A stretch of 64,000 bases of DNA, from contig JBPOGF010000011.1 of the NCBI GenBank assembly GCA_051251915.1, forward strand, positions 32,001 to 96,000, written 5' to 3'. Under the pieces are notes generated by a model. The model was not told the DNA's origin. It did no database searches and saw only the letters and a program-made list of their open reading frames with translations. The position numbers and the translations under genes are program-made. Origin of the DNA: Akkermansiaceae bacterium. Its GTDB lineage: Bacteria; Verrucomicrobiota; Verrucomicrobiia; Verrucomicrobiales; Akkermansiaceae. Shown here piece after piece: positions 20,631 to 30,193 of the stretch. How positions within the stretch are numbered: position 1 is the first letter of the stretch; each line of letters opens with the position of its first letter.

Positions 20631-22613
20631 ATGACTATTTCTAAATCCCTAAGCCACCTGCTAACCATTCTTTGTTTCAGCATTGTCGCCTCATTATCTG
20701 CTTACGCACAAGATGCCCCACAGACTCCTCCCCCCCCCTCTCTCCCCGATACCACTGAATTAGCAACACCTGAAGCAGTCACAGAACCAGAGCAGCCAGA
20801 GAAAAACGCAGCACCTAAGCCAGAAGAAGAAGCAAGCATCGATGCAGCCATCAACAATTTCATGGCGCCAATTTCTAAATGGTCCTTTAAATTCATCTTT
20901 GCAGGTGTGGAACTTGAAGATTCCGAGGGAGAAGTCATTCTAGACAAAGATGGCAACCACATGGAACTACCATTGATCCTCATCTGGCTCGTTGGTGCCG
21001 CTTTGTTATTCACCGTCATCTTTAGATTCATCAATGTTCGCCTACTCAAGCTAGCCTTCAAAACCGTGAAGGGCAAATACAGCAAGGACGACGACCCTGG
21101 TGAGATTACACACTTCCAAGCACTCTCAGCAGCTCTCTCAGGAACTGTTGGTCTTGGTAACATTGCAGGTGTCGCTATCGCAGTAAGTGTAGGTGGTGCT
21201 GGAGCTATCTTCTGGATGGTGGTAGTAGGTGTTCTTGGCATGACCACGAAATTCTGCGAATGCACACTCGGCGTGAAATACCGTAACTTTGATAAAGACG
21301 GCAAAGTCCATGGTGGCGCCATGTATTATTTAAGAGACGGCCTCAAGGAACGCGATATGACCGGAATGGGTAAAGTCCTAGCCGTTCTATTCGCCATCAT
21401 GTGCGTAGGTGCCTCCTTCGGTGGCGGAAACATGTTCCAGATCAACCAAGCTGCCACCCAGTTCATCGGTATCACCGAGAGCGCAGAACATACTGCCGCT
21501 AAAACTGAACTCGCAACCATTCAAAAGCAAAAAGCCGAGTTCACTAACATCAATGCCAACCTAACAGGCATCTCAAGCGAACTAGAAAGCACTAGCTCCA
21601 AAGTTGATAAAATTCACGAAAGCCACAAAGAATCCTATGCTTACAATGATCTGTTCAAGGACATCTCAGACAAAACCGGATCACTCACTGTCCCGCTCGA
21701 TGAAATTTCATCCCAGATTGCCCCTAAAAGTGATATTCTAACACAGCTCAGTATCCAAGAAGCCGCAGCTCAAGAAAAAGTAGACAGCACAGAAGGCTAC
21801 CTTGCACAGGAAAAATGGATCTTCGGCCTCATCGTCGCTATTCTCGTTGGCTTCGTGATTATCGGCGGCATCAAAAGTATCGCATCAGTGACTGAAAAGT
21901 TAGTGCCCTTCATGTGCGGAATTTACGTTCTAGCCGCCTTAGTTGTCATCTTCAGCAAGGCCGAACTTATACCGAGCGCAGTTAGCACCATCTTCCATGA
22001 CGCATTCGCACCTACCGCCGTTGCTGGTGGTATCCTCGGTGCCATCATCCAAGGTGTCCGCAGAGCTGCATTCTCCAATGAAGCCGGATTTGGATCAGCC
22101 CCTATCGCCCACGCCGCAGCCAAAACGAAACACGCAGCAAGTGAAGGATTAGTCGCCTTGCTCGAGCCTTTTGTAGACACCGTCATCGTCTGCACCATGA
22201 CCGGCCTCGTTATCGTCATCACAGGAATGCATGAGCAATCCGGACTCGACGGCATCGCCCTCACCTCATCAGCATTCTCACAAGTGATCAGCTGGTTCCC
22301 ATACATCTTGACCGCTTCAGTCGTCCTCTTCGCCTTCTCCACTATGATCTCTTGGAGCTACTACGGCCAGCAAGCTTGGGCATACCTATTCGGCAAAAGC
22401 AAAGTAGCCGAAATCATCTACAAACTAATCTTCTGTATCTTCATCGTAGTCGGCGCTTCCACTTCACTCGGCAACGTTCTCGATTTCTCAGATGCAATGC
22501 TATTTGCTATGTGCCTGTTTAACCTCATCGGTGTCTGGTTGCTCTTCCCTGTCGTTAAGCGCGAGCTCATCGCCTTCCAGAAGCATGCTGATGAAATCGA
22601 TTCCAAGGGTTAA
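20631..22613 (+). CDS. alanine/glycine:cation symporter (AgcS/AlsT family) with N-terminal extension and internal insertion
   Basis: TVGLGNIAGVAIA, TLGVKYR, GGNMFQ, FSNEAGFGS, EPFVDTVIVC, FAFSTMISWSYYG. Confidence 0.93.
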   Translation: MTISKSLSHLLTILCFSIVASLSAYAQDAPQTPPPPSLPDTTELATPEAVTEPEQPEKNAAPKPEEEASIDAAINNFMAPISKWSFKFIFAGVELEDSEGEVILDKDGNHMELPLILIWLVGAALLFTVIFRFINVRLLKLAFKTVKGKYSKDDDPGEITHFQALSAALSGTVGLGNIAGVAIAVSVGGAGAIFWMVVVGVLGMTTKFCECTLGVKYRNFDKDGKVHGGAMYYLRDGLKERDMTGMGKVLAVLFAIMCVGASFGGGNMFQINQAATQFIGITESAEHTAAKTELATIQKQKAEFTNINANLTGISSELESTSSKVDKIHESHKESYAYNDLFKDISDKTGSLTVPLDEISSQIAPKSDILTQLSIQEAAAQEKVDSTEGYLAQEKWIFGLIVAILVGFVIIGGIKSIASVTEKLVPFMCGIYVLAALVVIFSKAELIPSAVSTIFHDAFAPTAVAGGILGAIIQGVRRAAFSNEAGFGSAPIAHAAAKTKHAASEGLVALLEPFVDTVIVCTMTGLVIVITGMHEQSGLDGIALTSSAFSQVISWFPYILTASVVLFAFSTMISWSYYGQQAWAYLFGKSKVAEIIYKLIFCIFIVVGASTSLGNVLDFSDAMLFAMCLFNLIGVWLLFPVVKRELIAFQKHADEIDSKG

Positions 22614-22635
22614 GGAGAACATTTAGCCATCTTTA

Positions 22636-22670
22636 TATAATCACTGACTCACATTGGGTCAGTGATTATA
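22636..22670. terminator. 13-bp inverted repeat downstream of the symporter (terminator or binding site)
   Basis: TATAATCACTGAC-N9-GTCAGTGATTATA. Confidence 0.55.
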
Positions 22671-22857
22671 ATGCTAAAATCTCCAGACATTTAGATAAAA
22701 ATACCGCTGATCGTCGCTGATTAGTAAATAAAGCAGAAATTTATGATTTTATTTCACCACCAAAAGTAATATAGTCATTAGTGGATGCGTATTACATAAG
22801 GATGGCGTTTTTTCATAAGCTCGCCCGTAGTCATCATTTCGTTAGCTTCACTAAACC

Positions 22858-25575
22858 ATGTCAGAATCATCAGAAAAGCCGCACCTAGCACCATTGCCAG
22901 AGTCTCTCCGTAAACAACTTGAGAGCTTTAAGAAGCATCTCTGGCGCATCAAGATCACTGAGGCGGTTCTCGCTGGCTTACTCGGTCTAGTTGTTTCATT
23001 CGCGATCGTGTTCGCACTAGATCGCATCTGGGAAATCCCACCACTCGTCCGACTTATTATTTTACTTGCTGGAGTATCACTTTTTGCCGTTTTCGCCCCA
23101 CTCTGGATCAACCGCTGGATATTTAAGCACCGTAAAGAAAACCAACTCGCTCGCCTCATCTCTAAGCACTACCCAAATCTTGGCGACCGCCTACTCGGAG
23201 TAGTCGAACTACAGGATCAAAAAGAAAGCCAGACAGCCCTATCCCCTGAACTCCGAGAGGCAGCAATGATCGCTGTCGCTCACGACGCTCAGAATCGCGA
23301 CTTAGACAAAGCTCTCTCATCTAGCTGGACACGTAAGCTTTCACTCGGACTTGCCGCGGTAGCCCTCATTGCAGGTGGCGCATTTGTAGCCTACCCAAGT
23401 GCGGGAAAAAATGCCTTTGCTCGCTGGTTCATGCCACTTTCAGACACCAAACGCTTCACCTTCACCAAAGCTGACCTATCCAAGATCCCTCAGCCTCTCT
23501 ACGTCCCTATAGGCGAAAGCTTCACCATCGACATCCCACTAAGAGACGACACCGAGGAGCAACCCGAGTTCGCATCAGCACGCTACGGCAATGCCCAATG
23601 GAAAGACTATCAGTATGAAAACGGCCTATATGCTCTTGAGTTCCCAGGAAAACGCAAAAAAGCTAACGTAGAACTGAAGCTAGGAGATGCGAATCACAAC
23701 TTCGATGTCCGCCCCATCCACCGCCCAAAGATCAGCGCATTTCATCAAGAAGTCACCTACCCAGAATACCTCCAACGCACACCAGTCACTAATGAACTAG
23801 CTTCTACTCAGACTGATATTCTCGAAGGTAGTAAAGTCGTGATTATTGCCTCAGCTGATCGAGCACTTAGTTCCGCGAACACAGGGAAAGCTACATTCGT
23901 CCCTCAAATGGAAGAAATTTCCGCTGAGGAAGCAGAAATTCAAGGCATTGACATTAATGCCCGACCTGAACCACAAGCCCTCAACCTGAACCACAAAATT
24001 TCAGGAGACGCCATCATTACTAACCCTATCCTCATCCGCAAAGGAACCGTCACCCTCCCTCTCTCTTGGACTGATATCCACGGAATCAGCGGTCTCGCAT
24101 CGGCAGAGTTCACCATCCATTCCCAACCTGACACTCCACCTAGCACGTTCACACAAGGCATCGCAAAACAGAAGTTCATGCTTTATAACGAGGTCTTAGA
24201 GTTTGAAATGTCAGCAGAAGACAATTTCGGCATCAAAGCCGCAGGTGTTGAGTGGGCCGGTGAGTTTGCTACTCCTACTGCAGAAACTCCATCAACCGGA
24301 GACATCACCCTACTTCAAGGTGATCCCTACATGACTAGTGGCAACAAGCCAGTATCCATCGACTTCCAAAGAAATAACATCAAACCACAGAAGTTAATCA
24401 TCAGAACTTGGGTAGAAGACTATAATCCAGACACCGCACGTGTCTATTCTGAGCCAATCGAAGTATTCGTTCTAAGCGAGTCAGAGCATGCTAGTCACGT
24501 CAAAGAGATGATGAACGACACCCTCTCCAAACTAGAGGACGCAATGCGCACCGAACAAGATAACTTAGACGAGAACAAGAGAATAGAAAAAGAACTCAAG
24601 GATCCTAAAAAAGCTGCCGAAGCTAAGGAAAAACTCGCTGAGCAACAAAACAAAGAGCTAGATAATAACGAGGAAATCAAAAAACTCGCTAAAGAACTCA
24701 AAGACACCTTCAAAGAAGCCACTAAAAATAAGTCGATCGATAGCAAAACTCTAAAAGACATGGCTGACGCAGCAGCAAGCATGCAAGAAATGGCAGACAA
24801 AGATATGCCTGAGATTGCTGGAGACTTAGACCAAGCACAAGATAAGAAAAACTCAGAAGAAAAGACCAAGGAGGACCTTGAGAAAGCTATCGAAAAACAG
24901 GAAGAGCTCGTCGATAAGATGAAAGAAACCGCAGAAAAAGCTGAGAAAGCCAAAGAAAAGCTAGAATCCAGCACCTTTGTGAATCGCCTCAAACAAGCTG
25001 CATCAGACGAAGAAAGCATCGCGCAAACAATTATTTCCGATGCTAATGAGATCATCGGCCTCCACTACGGTGAACTAGACCCAGTCTTCAAGCGTCTCGT
25101 CCAAGCATTATTCCTCCAGCAGGAACAAGCCACCTCAGATGTCCGCTGGATCCAGGAAGACTTAGCATTCTTCCATGCCCGCACCCAAAAGCCTGAACAT
25201 AAGAAAATTCTCGATAAAATGAAAGACGCTAAGATCACCGAGGCACTATCAGCAATCGAAAGAGAAATAGAGCTCCAGCGCACAGGAAACGCCATGCGCG
25301 AAACCATGGAAAGCGCACAGAAACTACGCGAATGGGCCAAAGAACTAGACGGCACCCAAGACCAATCCGGCGGTGGCGGCGGCGGTGGTGGCGGTGGCGG
25401 AGCCAGCGATGAAGACCAAGACTTCGAATTCATGCTCAAGGTCATGAAGATGATTCAAGAAGAGCAACGTCTCAGATCTAAAACTCGCGCCCTAGAACAA
25501 AGCAAACGTGACGTGACCGACCCAGACGCCACACATGCCCCATCCCTAGAAGTAGAGACTCAACCAGTCCCATAA
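22858..25575 (+). CDS. large membrane-anchored coiled-coil protein (DUF4175-like)
   Basis: Three N-terminal TM segments, YPNLGDRL, Ig-like middle with AEDNFGI, long E/K/Q helical tail, poly-Gly tract. Confidence 0.75.
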   Translation: MSESSEKPHLAPLPESLRKQLESFKKHLWRIKITEAVLAGLLGLVVSFAIVFALDRIWEIPPLVRLIILLAGVSLFAVFAPLWINRWIFKHRKENQLARLISKHYPNLGDRLLGVVELQDQKESQTALSPELREAAMIAVAHDAQNRDLDKALSSSWTRKLSLGLAAVALIAGGAFVAYPSAGKNAFARWFMPLSDTKRFTFTKADLSKIPQPLYVPIGESFTIDIPLRDDTEEQPEFASARYGNAQWKDYQYENGLYALEFPGKRKKANVELKLGDANHNFDVRPIHRPKISAFHQEVTYPEYLQRTPVTNELASTQTDILEGSKVVIIASADRALSSANTGKATFVPQMEEISAEEAEIQGIDINARPEPQALNLNHKISGDAIITNPILIRKGTVTLPLSWTDIHGISGLASAEFTIHSQPDTPPSTFTQGIAKQKFMLYNEVLEFEMSAEDNFGIKAAGVEWAGEFATPTAETPSTGDITLLQGDPYMTSGNKPVSIDFQRNNIKPQKLIIRTWVEDYNPDTARVYSEPIEVFVLSESEHASHVKEMMNDTLSKLEDAMRTEQDNLDENKRIEKELKDPKKAAEAKEKLAEQQNKELDNNEEIKKLAKELKDTFKEATKNKSIDSKTLKDMADAAASMQEMADKDMPEIAGDLDQAQDKKNSEEKTKEDLEKAIEKQEELVDKMKETAEKAEKAKEKLESSTFVNRLKQAASDEESIAQTIISDANEIIGLHYGELDPVFKRLVQALFLQQEQATSDVRWIQEDLAFFHARTQKPEHKKILDKMKDAKITEALSAIEREIELQRTGNAMRETMESAQKLREWAKELDGTQDQSGGGGGGGGGGGASDEDQDFEFMLKVMKMIQEEQRLRSKTRALEQSKRDVTDPDATHAPSLEVETQPVP

Positions 25576-25599
25576 ACCCTATAAAACATAATCATTTTC

Positions 25600-26280
25600 A
25601 TGAAAACCACCTACCTCATTCCCGCACTAACCGCACTCACCGTGAGTGTCCTTAGTGCTGGCGACTCATTCAGAGAAGATCTTGAAAAAAACGAAGCTAA
25701 AAACAAAAAGCCTTTAGCAAAAGCCGAGGACGTCCTCAAGCAGCATGCCAAAGACAGCATCAAAACAGCTAACGAACAAGACGAGCTTTCAGCAGACGTT
25801 CAAGACCTTATCCAAGAACAAACCGACCCCAAGGTAGTCGAACTCCTTGACGAAGCCGAAGCCCTTATGGGAGAAGCCACCGAGTTACTCGAAAACAAGA
25901 AAACTGGGGGCGGCACGATAGCCATTGAAACTGAAATCATTGAAAAAATCTACGAAGCGGCAAAGAAAAAACAACAAAGCAAGGGCGAAGGAGAAGGTAA
26001 AGGACCTAAGAGCCCTTTGCTTGAAATGATGGAAGGAATGATGGGTAAAGGTCAAGGTGAACAAGAAGGTCAAGGACCTGGCGAAGGTGAAGGCGAAGGA
26101 AGCACAGGAGGCGAAGGCAACGAAGGCACCTCAGATAAAGCCAATGACAAAACATCCGGTAAAGCGGATAACACCAAAGAAGAGCGCCGTGTTCCTAAAA
26201 ACACCACAGCTCCAAACCTAAACTTACCTCGAGAAGAACAACGCGCACTCGACGCATACAATAAATCAGCGAAAAAATGA
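25600..26280 (+). CDS. secreted helical protein with G/E-rich linker
   Basis: Signal peptide, charged helices, GEG repeats, terminal LPREEQRALDAY. Confidence 0.7.
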   Translation: MKTTYLIPALTALTVSVLSAGDSFREDLEKNEAKNKKPLAKAEDVLKQHAKDSIKTANEQDELSADVQDLIQEQTDPKVVELLDEAEALMGEATELLENKKTGGGTIAIETEIIEKIYEAAKKKQQSKGEGEGKGPKSPLLEMMEGMMGKGQGEQEGQGPGEGEGEGSTGGEGNEGTSDKANDKTSGKADNTKEERRVPKNTTAPNLNLPREEQRALDAYNKSAKK

Positions 26281-27311
26281 TCAAATCCATTGCTAAATCC
26301 GCCATTAGCTATTCTGCTGCTTTCGGTATCTCATGTAGTCTACTTTTCATTAGTAGCCACTCAGCTGATGCCCAGAGTTTAGGCCGTAGAAAAGTAGACA
26401 TCGTTCCTGCCAATGTAGAAGTCGCCTATAAAAAAGGCCTCCAGTTCCTAGCAAAAATGCAGGCCTCTGACGGATCATTCAGCAACGACAGAAACCGCTA
26501 CAGCTCCCAACCAGGTATCACCGGCATCTGCGTTCTCGCATTTCTTGCCCACGGCGAAGACGCTGAATTCGGACCCTACGCCAAGAACATCAAAAGCGGG
26601 GTCGATTTCATCCTCAAACAGCAAAACAAAAACGGCTACATCGGAACCAGTATGTATAACCACGGATTTGCCACCCTCGCACTCGCGGAAGCCTATGGTA
26701 TGATCGATGATGACAGACTCGCTGGCGCATTGAAAAAGTCAGTAGCACTACTCACCTCTGCTCAAGACAGAAACCCCAAAGGAGCATGGCGCTACAACCC
26801 TGAAGACATGACTGCGGATACTACCGTTGCAGGCTGCCAACTTGTCGCCCTCCTCGCCGCAAGAAATGCAGGCATCCCAGTGCCTAACAAAAATATCGAT
26901 AAAGCACTCGCCTACTTAGCGAGCTGCCGCGCATCCAACGGCGGCTACGGCTACACTTCTAAATCAGGTGGCAAAAGCACCCTCACAGCGATCGGTTCAC
27001 TCTGCATGTCATTAGCTAAAAAGAAAGATGATAAAGCATTTGATACCGTCACAAATTTCCTCACCAGCCGTAGTGAAAGCGGTGGTCACCATTACGTATT
27101 CTACCATGAATACTATATGGCCCAGGCTCTTTTCCACGCCAATGAAGAAGAATGGGAAAAATGGAATGAAAAGAATTCCAAAGTCATGTCAGCATCCCAA
27201 CACCCAGATGGAGGATGGAGTGACGCCAGACTAGGCAGATCTGGAGCTACCGGCTTCGCCCTCCTATCCATGGCGCTCAACTACCGCTTCCTACCAATTT
27301 ACGAAAAATAA
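26277..27311 (+). CDS. prenyltransferase/squalene oxidase repeat protein (secreted alpha/alpha barrel)
   Basis: QW-like repeats QASDGSF, QNKNGY, KGAWRY, NGGYGY, QHPDGGW; MYNHGFATLALAE; ATGA overlap with the upstream gene. Confidence 0.85.
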   Translation: MIKSIAKSAISYSAAFGISCSLLFISSHSADAQSLGRRKVDIVPANVEVAYKKGLQFLAKMQASDGSFSNDRNRYSSQPGITGICVLAFLAHGEDAEFGPYAKNIKSGVDFILKQQNKNGYIGTSMYNHGFATLALAEAYGMIDDDRLAGALKKSVALLTSAQDRNPKGAWRYNPEDMTADTTVAGCQLVALLAARNAGIPVPNKNIDKALAYLASCRASNGGYGYTSKSGGKSTLTAIGSLCMSLAKKKDDKAFDTVTNFLTSRSESGGHHYVFYHEYYMAQALFHANEEEWEKWNEKNSKVMSASQHPDGGWSDARLGRSGATGFALLSMALNYRFLPIYEK

Positions 27312-27312
27312 T

Positions 27313-28770
27313 ATGAAATTTCTAGCTAAGTCATTATTATGCATACTTGCGTCATCATCATCCATCATTGCCGATGATCACGACTTCATCAACTTCTCCA
27401 ATGATGATACCCTTCACGGGCAGTTCCTAGGATTCACCACCTCTGGTAAGATCATTTGGAAAAATGATGCCGCCGACAAAAACATCGCTTTCGAAACCAA
27501 AGACGTCCGCAAAGTAGTGATGAACAATGGCCAGAGAACCAAGCCATTCTCTCATACCAGCTACATCACATTAAAAAACTTAGACACCATACCCGGAAAC
27601 GTCCACTCGCTCACAGGCGACCAGCTCACACTTGAAACCGACTATGGCGGGAAAATCACGATCCCAAAAGACCAAATACTGGACCTTAACATTAATCCTC
27701 TTGGCCAAAAAGTTATCTATCGAGGCCCCTTTTCTGAAGAAGAACCATGGGAGCTAAAATACCCAGCTAACCGCATCGCAAAAGATCTTTCAGAGGAAGA
27801 ACAAGAAAAAATCCGACCATGGAAGTTTAAGAATTTTAGCCTCAATCATCAAGGTGAAGCTAGCTCCACTCTCATGGAAAAGGAGTTTCCTGACCAATAT
27901 CGCATCACGTTTAATAGCTACTCGTCACAATCATATTACCCGACCATGACCATCATGGCAGATCTGAAAGTTCCTAAATATGATGATGAAGATCAAGAAT
28001 TGGTAAAAAACCGCACTCGCTACAGAAGCTCTCTCGGTAACTATTTAGGCTCATCCATAGTCATCAGACTCCACCCTTCAAACTCTAGCCTCACTCAATA
28101 CGGGTTTAAGGAAGACGGTAGTATATTCCAATCCAATGCGGCTAACATGGTCAGAGGAACTTCCAGCAGAGGAACCCAGTCCAAAACCTACTATGACCTC
28201 CGTGTTGATAAAAAGGCCGGCCTCATCATGCTCTTCGCCAATAAACGAAACGTCGGCCAATGGCAGATCGATTCTCTATCTGAAGACTATCAAGGCTCAT
28301 ACTTTGGCTACAACATGCAATACAGTAACTCTACCGCCCAGTCCGTAATTAGCGACATAGTAGTCACCACTTGGAATGGCGTCAGAGACTCTGCCCTTTC
28401 ACTCGAAAATGAGACACGCGACATCGTCATGCTTAACAACGGCACCGACAGATACTCTGGCAACATAACAGGAATCACAGAACAAACCATCGACCTCAAA
28501 ACTGCCTACGCCGAACTGGCCATCCCAAAAGACCAGGTCAGTTCAGTCACTCTATCTAGGAAGAAAACAGAAGATCCTGAAGGCAGAGACAAAGGCGAAG
28601 TAGCCGTTCGTTTCTACGGCACAGGCAGAATCACCGGTGTTTTATCTAAAGCCGAAGACGGCTCTATTTTTCTCGAATCTAAAATCCTCGGCAAAATTAA
28701 AATCGAATCTGAATTCATCACCTCATTTGAGTTCGTGAACATGGATCATGCATACGAAACCTTCCAATAA
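27313..28770 (+). CDS. secreted hypothetical protein, paralog 1 of 3
   Basis: Signal peptide; repeated D-x-h-x-h-x-N-G-D-x-h-x-G modules around a beta-rich core. Confidence 0.75.
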   Translation: MKFLAKSLLCILASSSSIIADDHDFINFSNDDTLHGQFLGFTTSGKIIWKNDAADKNIAFETKDVRKVVMNNGQRTKPFSHTSYITLKNLDTIPGNVHSLTGDQLTLETDYGGKITIPKDQILDLNINPLGQKVIYRGPFSEEEPWELKYPANRIAKDLSEEEQEKIRPWKFKNFSLNHQGEASSTLMEKEFPDQYRITFNSYSSQSYYPTMTIMADLKVPKYDDEDQELVKNRTRYRSSLGNYLGSSIVIRLHPSNSSLTQYGFKEDGSIFQSNAANMVRGTSSRGTQSKTYYDLRVDKKAGLIMLFANKRNVGQWQIDSLSEDYQGSYFGYNMQYSNSTAQSVISDIVVTTWNGVRDSALSLENETRDIVMLNNGTDRYSGNITGITEQTIDLKTAYAELAIPKDQVSSVTLSRKKTEDPEGRDKGEVAVRFYGTGRITGVLSKAEDGSIFLESKILGKIKIESEFITSFEFVNMDHAYETFQ

Positions 28771-28805
28771 ATAACCCTCTCATTAGCCCCAAACTTCTTT
28801 CACAA

Positions 28806-30152
28806 ATGATCACGCGCTCTCTTCTCTCACTTGTTCCATTAGTCACCTTTACCTCGCTCGCTTGTGCGGATGATTCCATCACATTAAAAAATGGTAATTC
28901 CCTTAGCGGCAAACTCATCAACAGTGACACCTCAGGCATCCTAGCGCTCGACTACTCAGAAGCAAATGAACCAATCAAGATTAAAGAATCGGCCGTGGAT
29001 CGTATCATTTTTGACACTACCAATAGCAAAAACAGCACTCTAACAGAAAGTATTGAACTTCTCAATGGAGACCATTTCCCCTGCACCATCAAAGAACTCA
29101 ATAATGAAAATGTTTCTTTTGAATCCAGCTCATTAGGAACACACACCATTTCCAGAAATGCAGTTTCTCAAATCAAATTTAACACCAAAGCCAATAAAAC
29201 CCTCTACAGTGGACCAGGTAATGACCTCAGTGCCTGGATCACCACATCTGAAGACTGGAAACTGAACAAAGGAAAACTCCACATCTCCAAAAGATCCGAA
29301 GCGAGCAAACTAATCCCTAATCTTCCAGATAACTACATTCTAGAATTTAAGACAGCCTGGGAAGAAGCTAGCCCACATTTTCAAGTCTGTTTCTCATCCG
29401 ACAATAGCCAAGCGGATAAAAAAAGTGATTTCTACCGTATTGATCTCAATTCACACGGACTCTCACTTACCAGAAGCACACTAGGTAGGTATGAAACTTT
29501 CGCCCAAGTCTTATCTAATGATAATATCTACGGTCAGTCCAACCTCCACGTCGCCATCCACGTGGATCGTAAACACCAGAAAATGGCACTCTACCTCAAC
29601 GGTAAGCTTGCCAAAACTATCACTGACCCAAAAACTCCACCAAAAGGTAGCTACATCGTCATCAAAAATCTTCAGCGCGTAGGAGTTCTCACCGAAGTCA
29701 GCGACATCAAGATATCCAGTTGGGGTGGAAAAGTAACAGAAAACATCGATTCAAAAGAAGACACGCTGACCAAGCATGACCTCATCACTGACCTATCAGG
29801 CAATGTAATGACCGGACAGATCCTCAACCTCTCCCGCCAAGGAACCAAAGCTAATCTAATTTTCAAAGCCCCATTTGCTAAAAGTGACTCTACCATTCCT
29901 GGCTCAGCTATTGACCTGTTAGAATTCAAAACAACAGAGAATGCTCCAGATTTAGGTAACCCTACCTACCATCTTAATCTCGTTTCCGGTGGATTAATCT
30001 CATTCTCCAGCTCCCAGATGACCAGTGGCAAACTCATAGTAAATCATCCGGTTCTAGGTGAAATCACTTTACCGAAAGCGAACCTCTCCTCTGTAGTCTC
30101 TATCCCTGAGCCTCTAAAAGCAGACGCCCCAGACGAAGAAGAAGAAGATTAA
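28806..30152 (+). CDS. secreted hypothetical protein, paralog 2 of 3
   Basis: Same architecture; DSITLKNGNSLSG, ESIELLNGD, LYLNGK (LamG-like). Confidence 0.75.
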   Translation: MITRSLLSLVPLVTFTSLACADDSITLKNGNSLSGKLINSDTSGILALDYSEANEPIKIKESAVDRIIFDTTNSKNSTLTESIELLNGDHFPCTIKELNNENVSFESSSLGTHTISRNAVSQIKFNTKANKTLYSGPGNDLSAWITTSEDWKLNKGKLHISKRSEASKLIPNLPDNYILEFKTAWEEASPHFQVCFSSDNSQADKKSDFYRIDLNSHGLSLTRSTLGRYETFAQVLSNDNIYGQSNLHVAIHVDRKHQKMALYLNGKLAKTITDPKTPPKGSYIVIKNLQRVGVLTEVSDIKISSWGGKVTENIDSKEDTLTKHDLITDLSGNVMTGQILNLSRQGTKANLIFKAPFAKSDSTIPGSAIDLLEFKTTENAPDLGNPTYHLNLVSGGLISFSSSQMTSGKLIVNHPVLGEITLPKANLSSVVSIPEPLKADAPDEEEED

Positions 30153-30193
30153 AAACCCACCCGTTTCAACTATTTCCTAACCACTTTCAACTT

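Noticed and set aside
25368..25401. GGN repeat tract (poly-Gly), also seen in dnaJ
   Set aside because: In-frame mixed-codon linker, not a phase-variable repeat
26277..27311. Possible squalene-hopene cyclase
   Set aside because: Too short, has a signal peptide and lacks DxDD; it shares only the repeat fold
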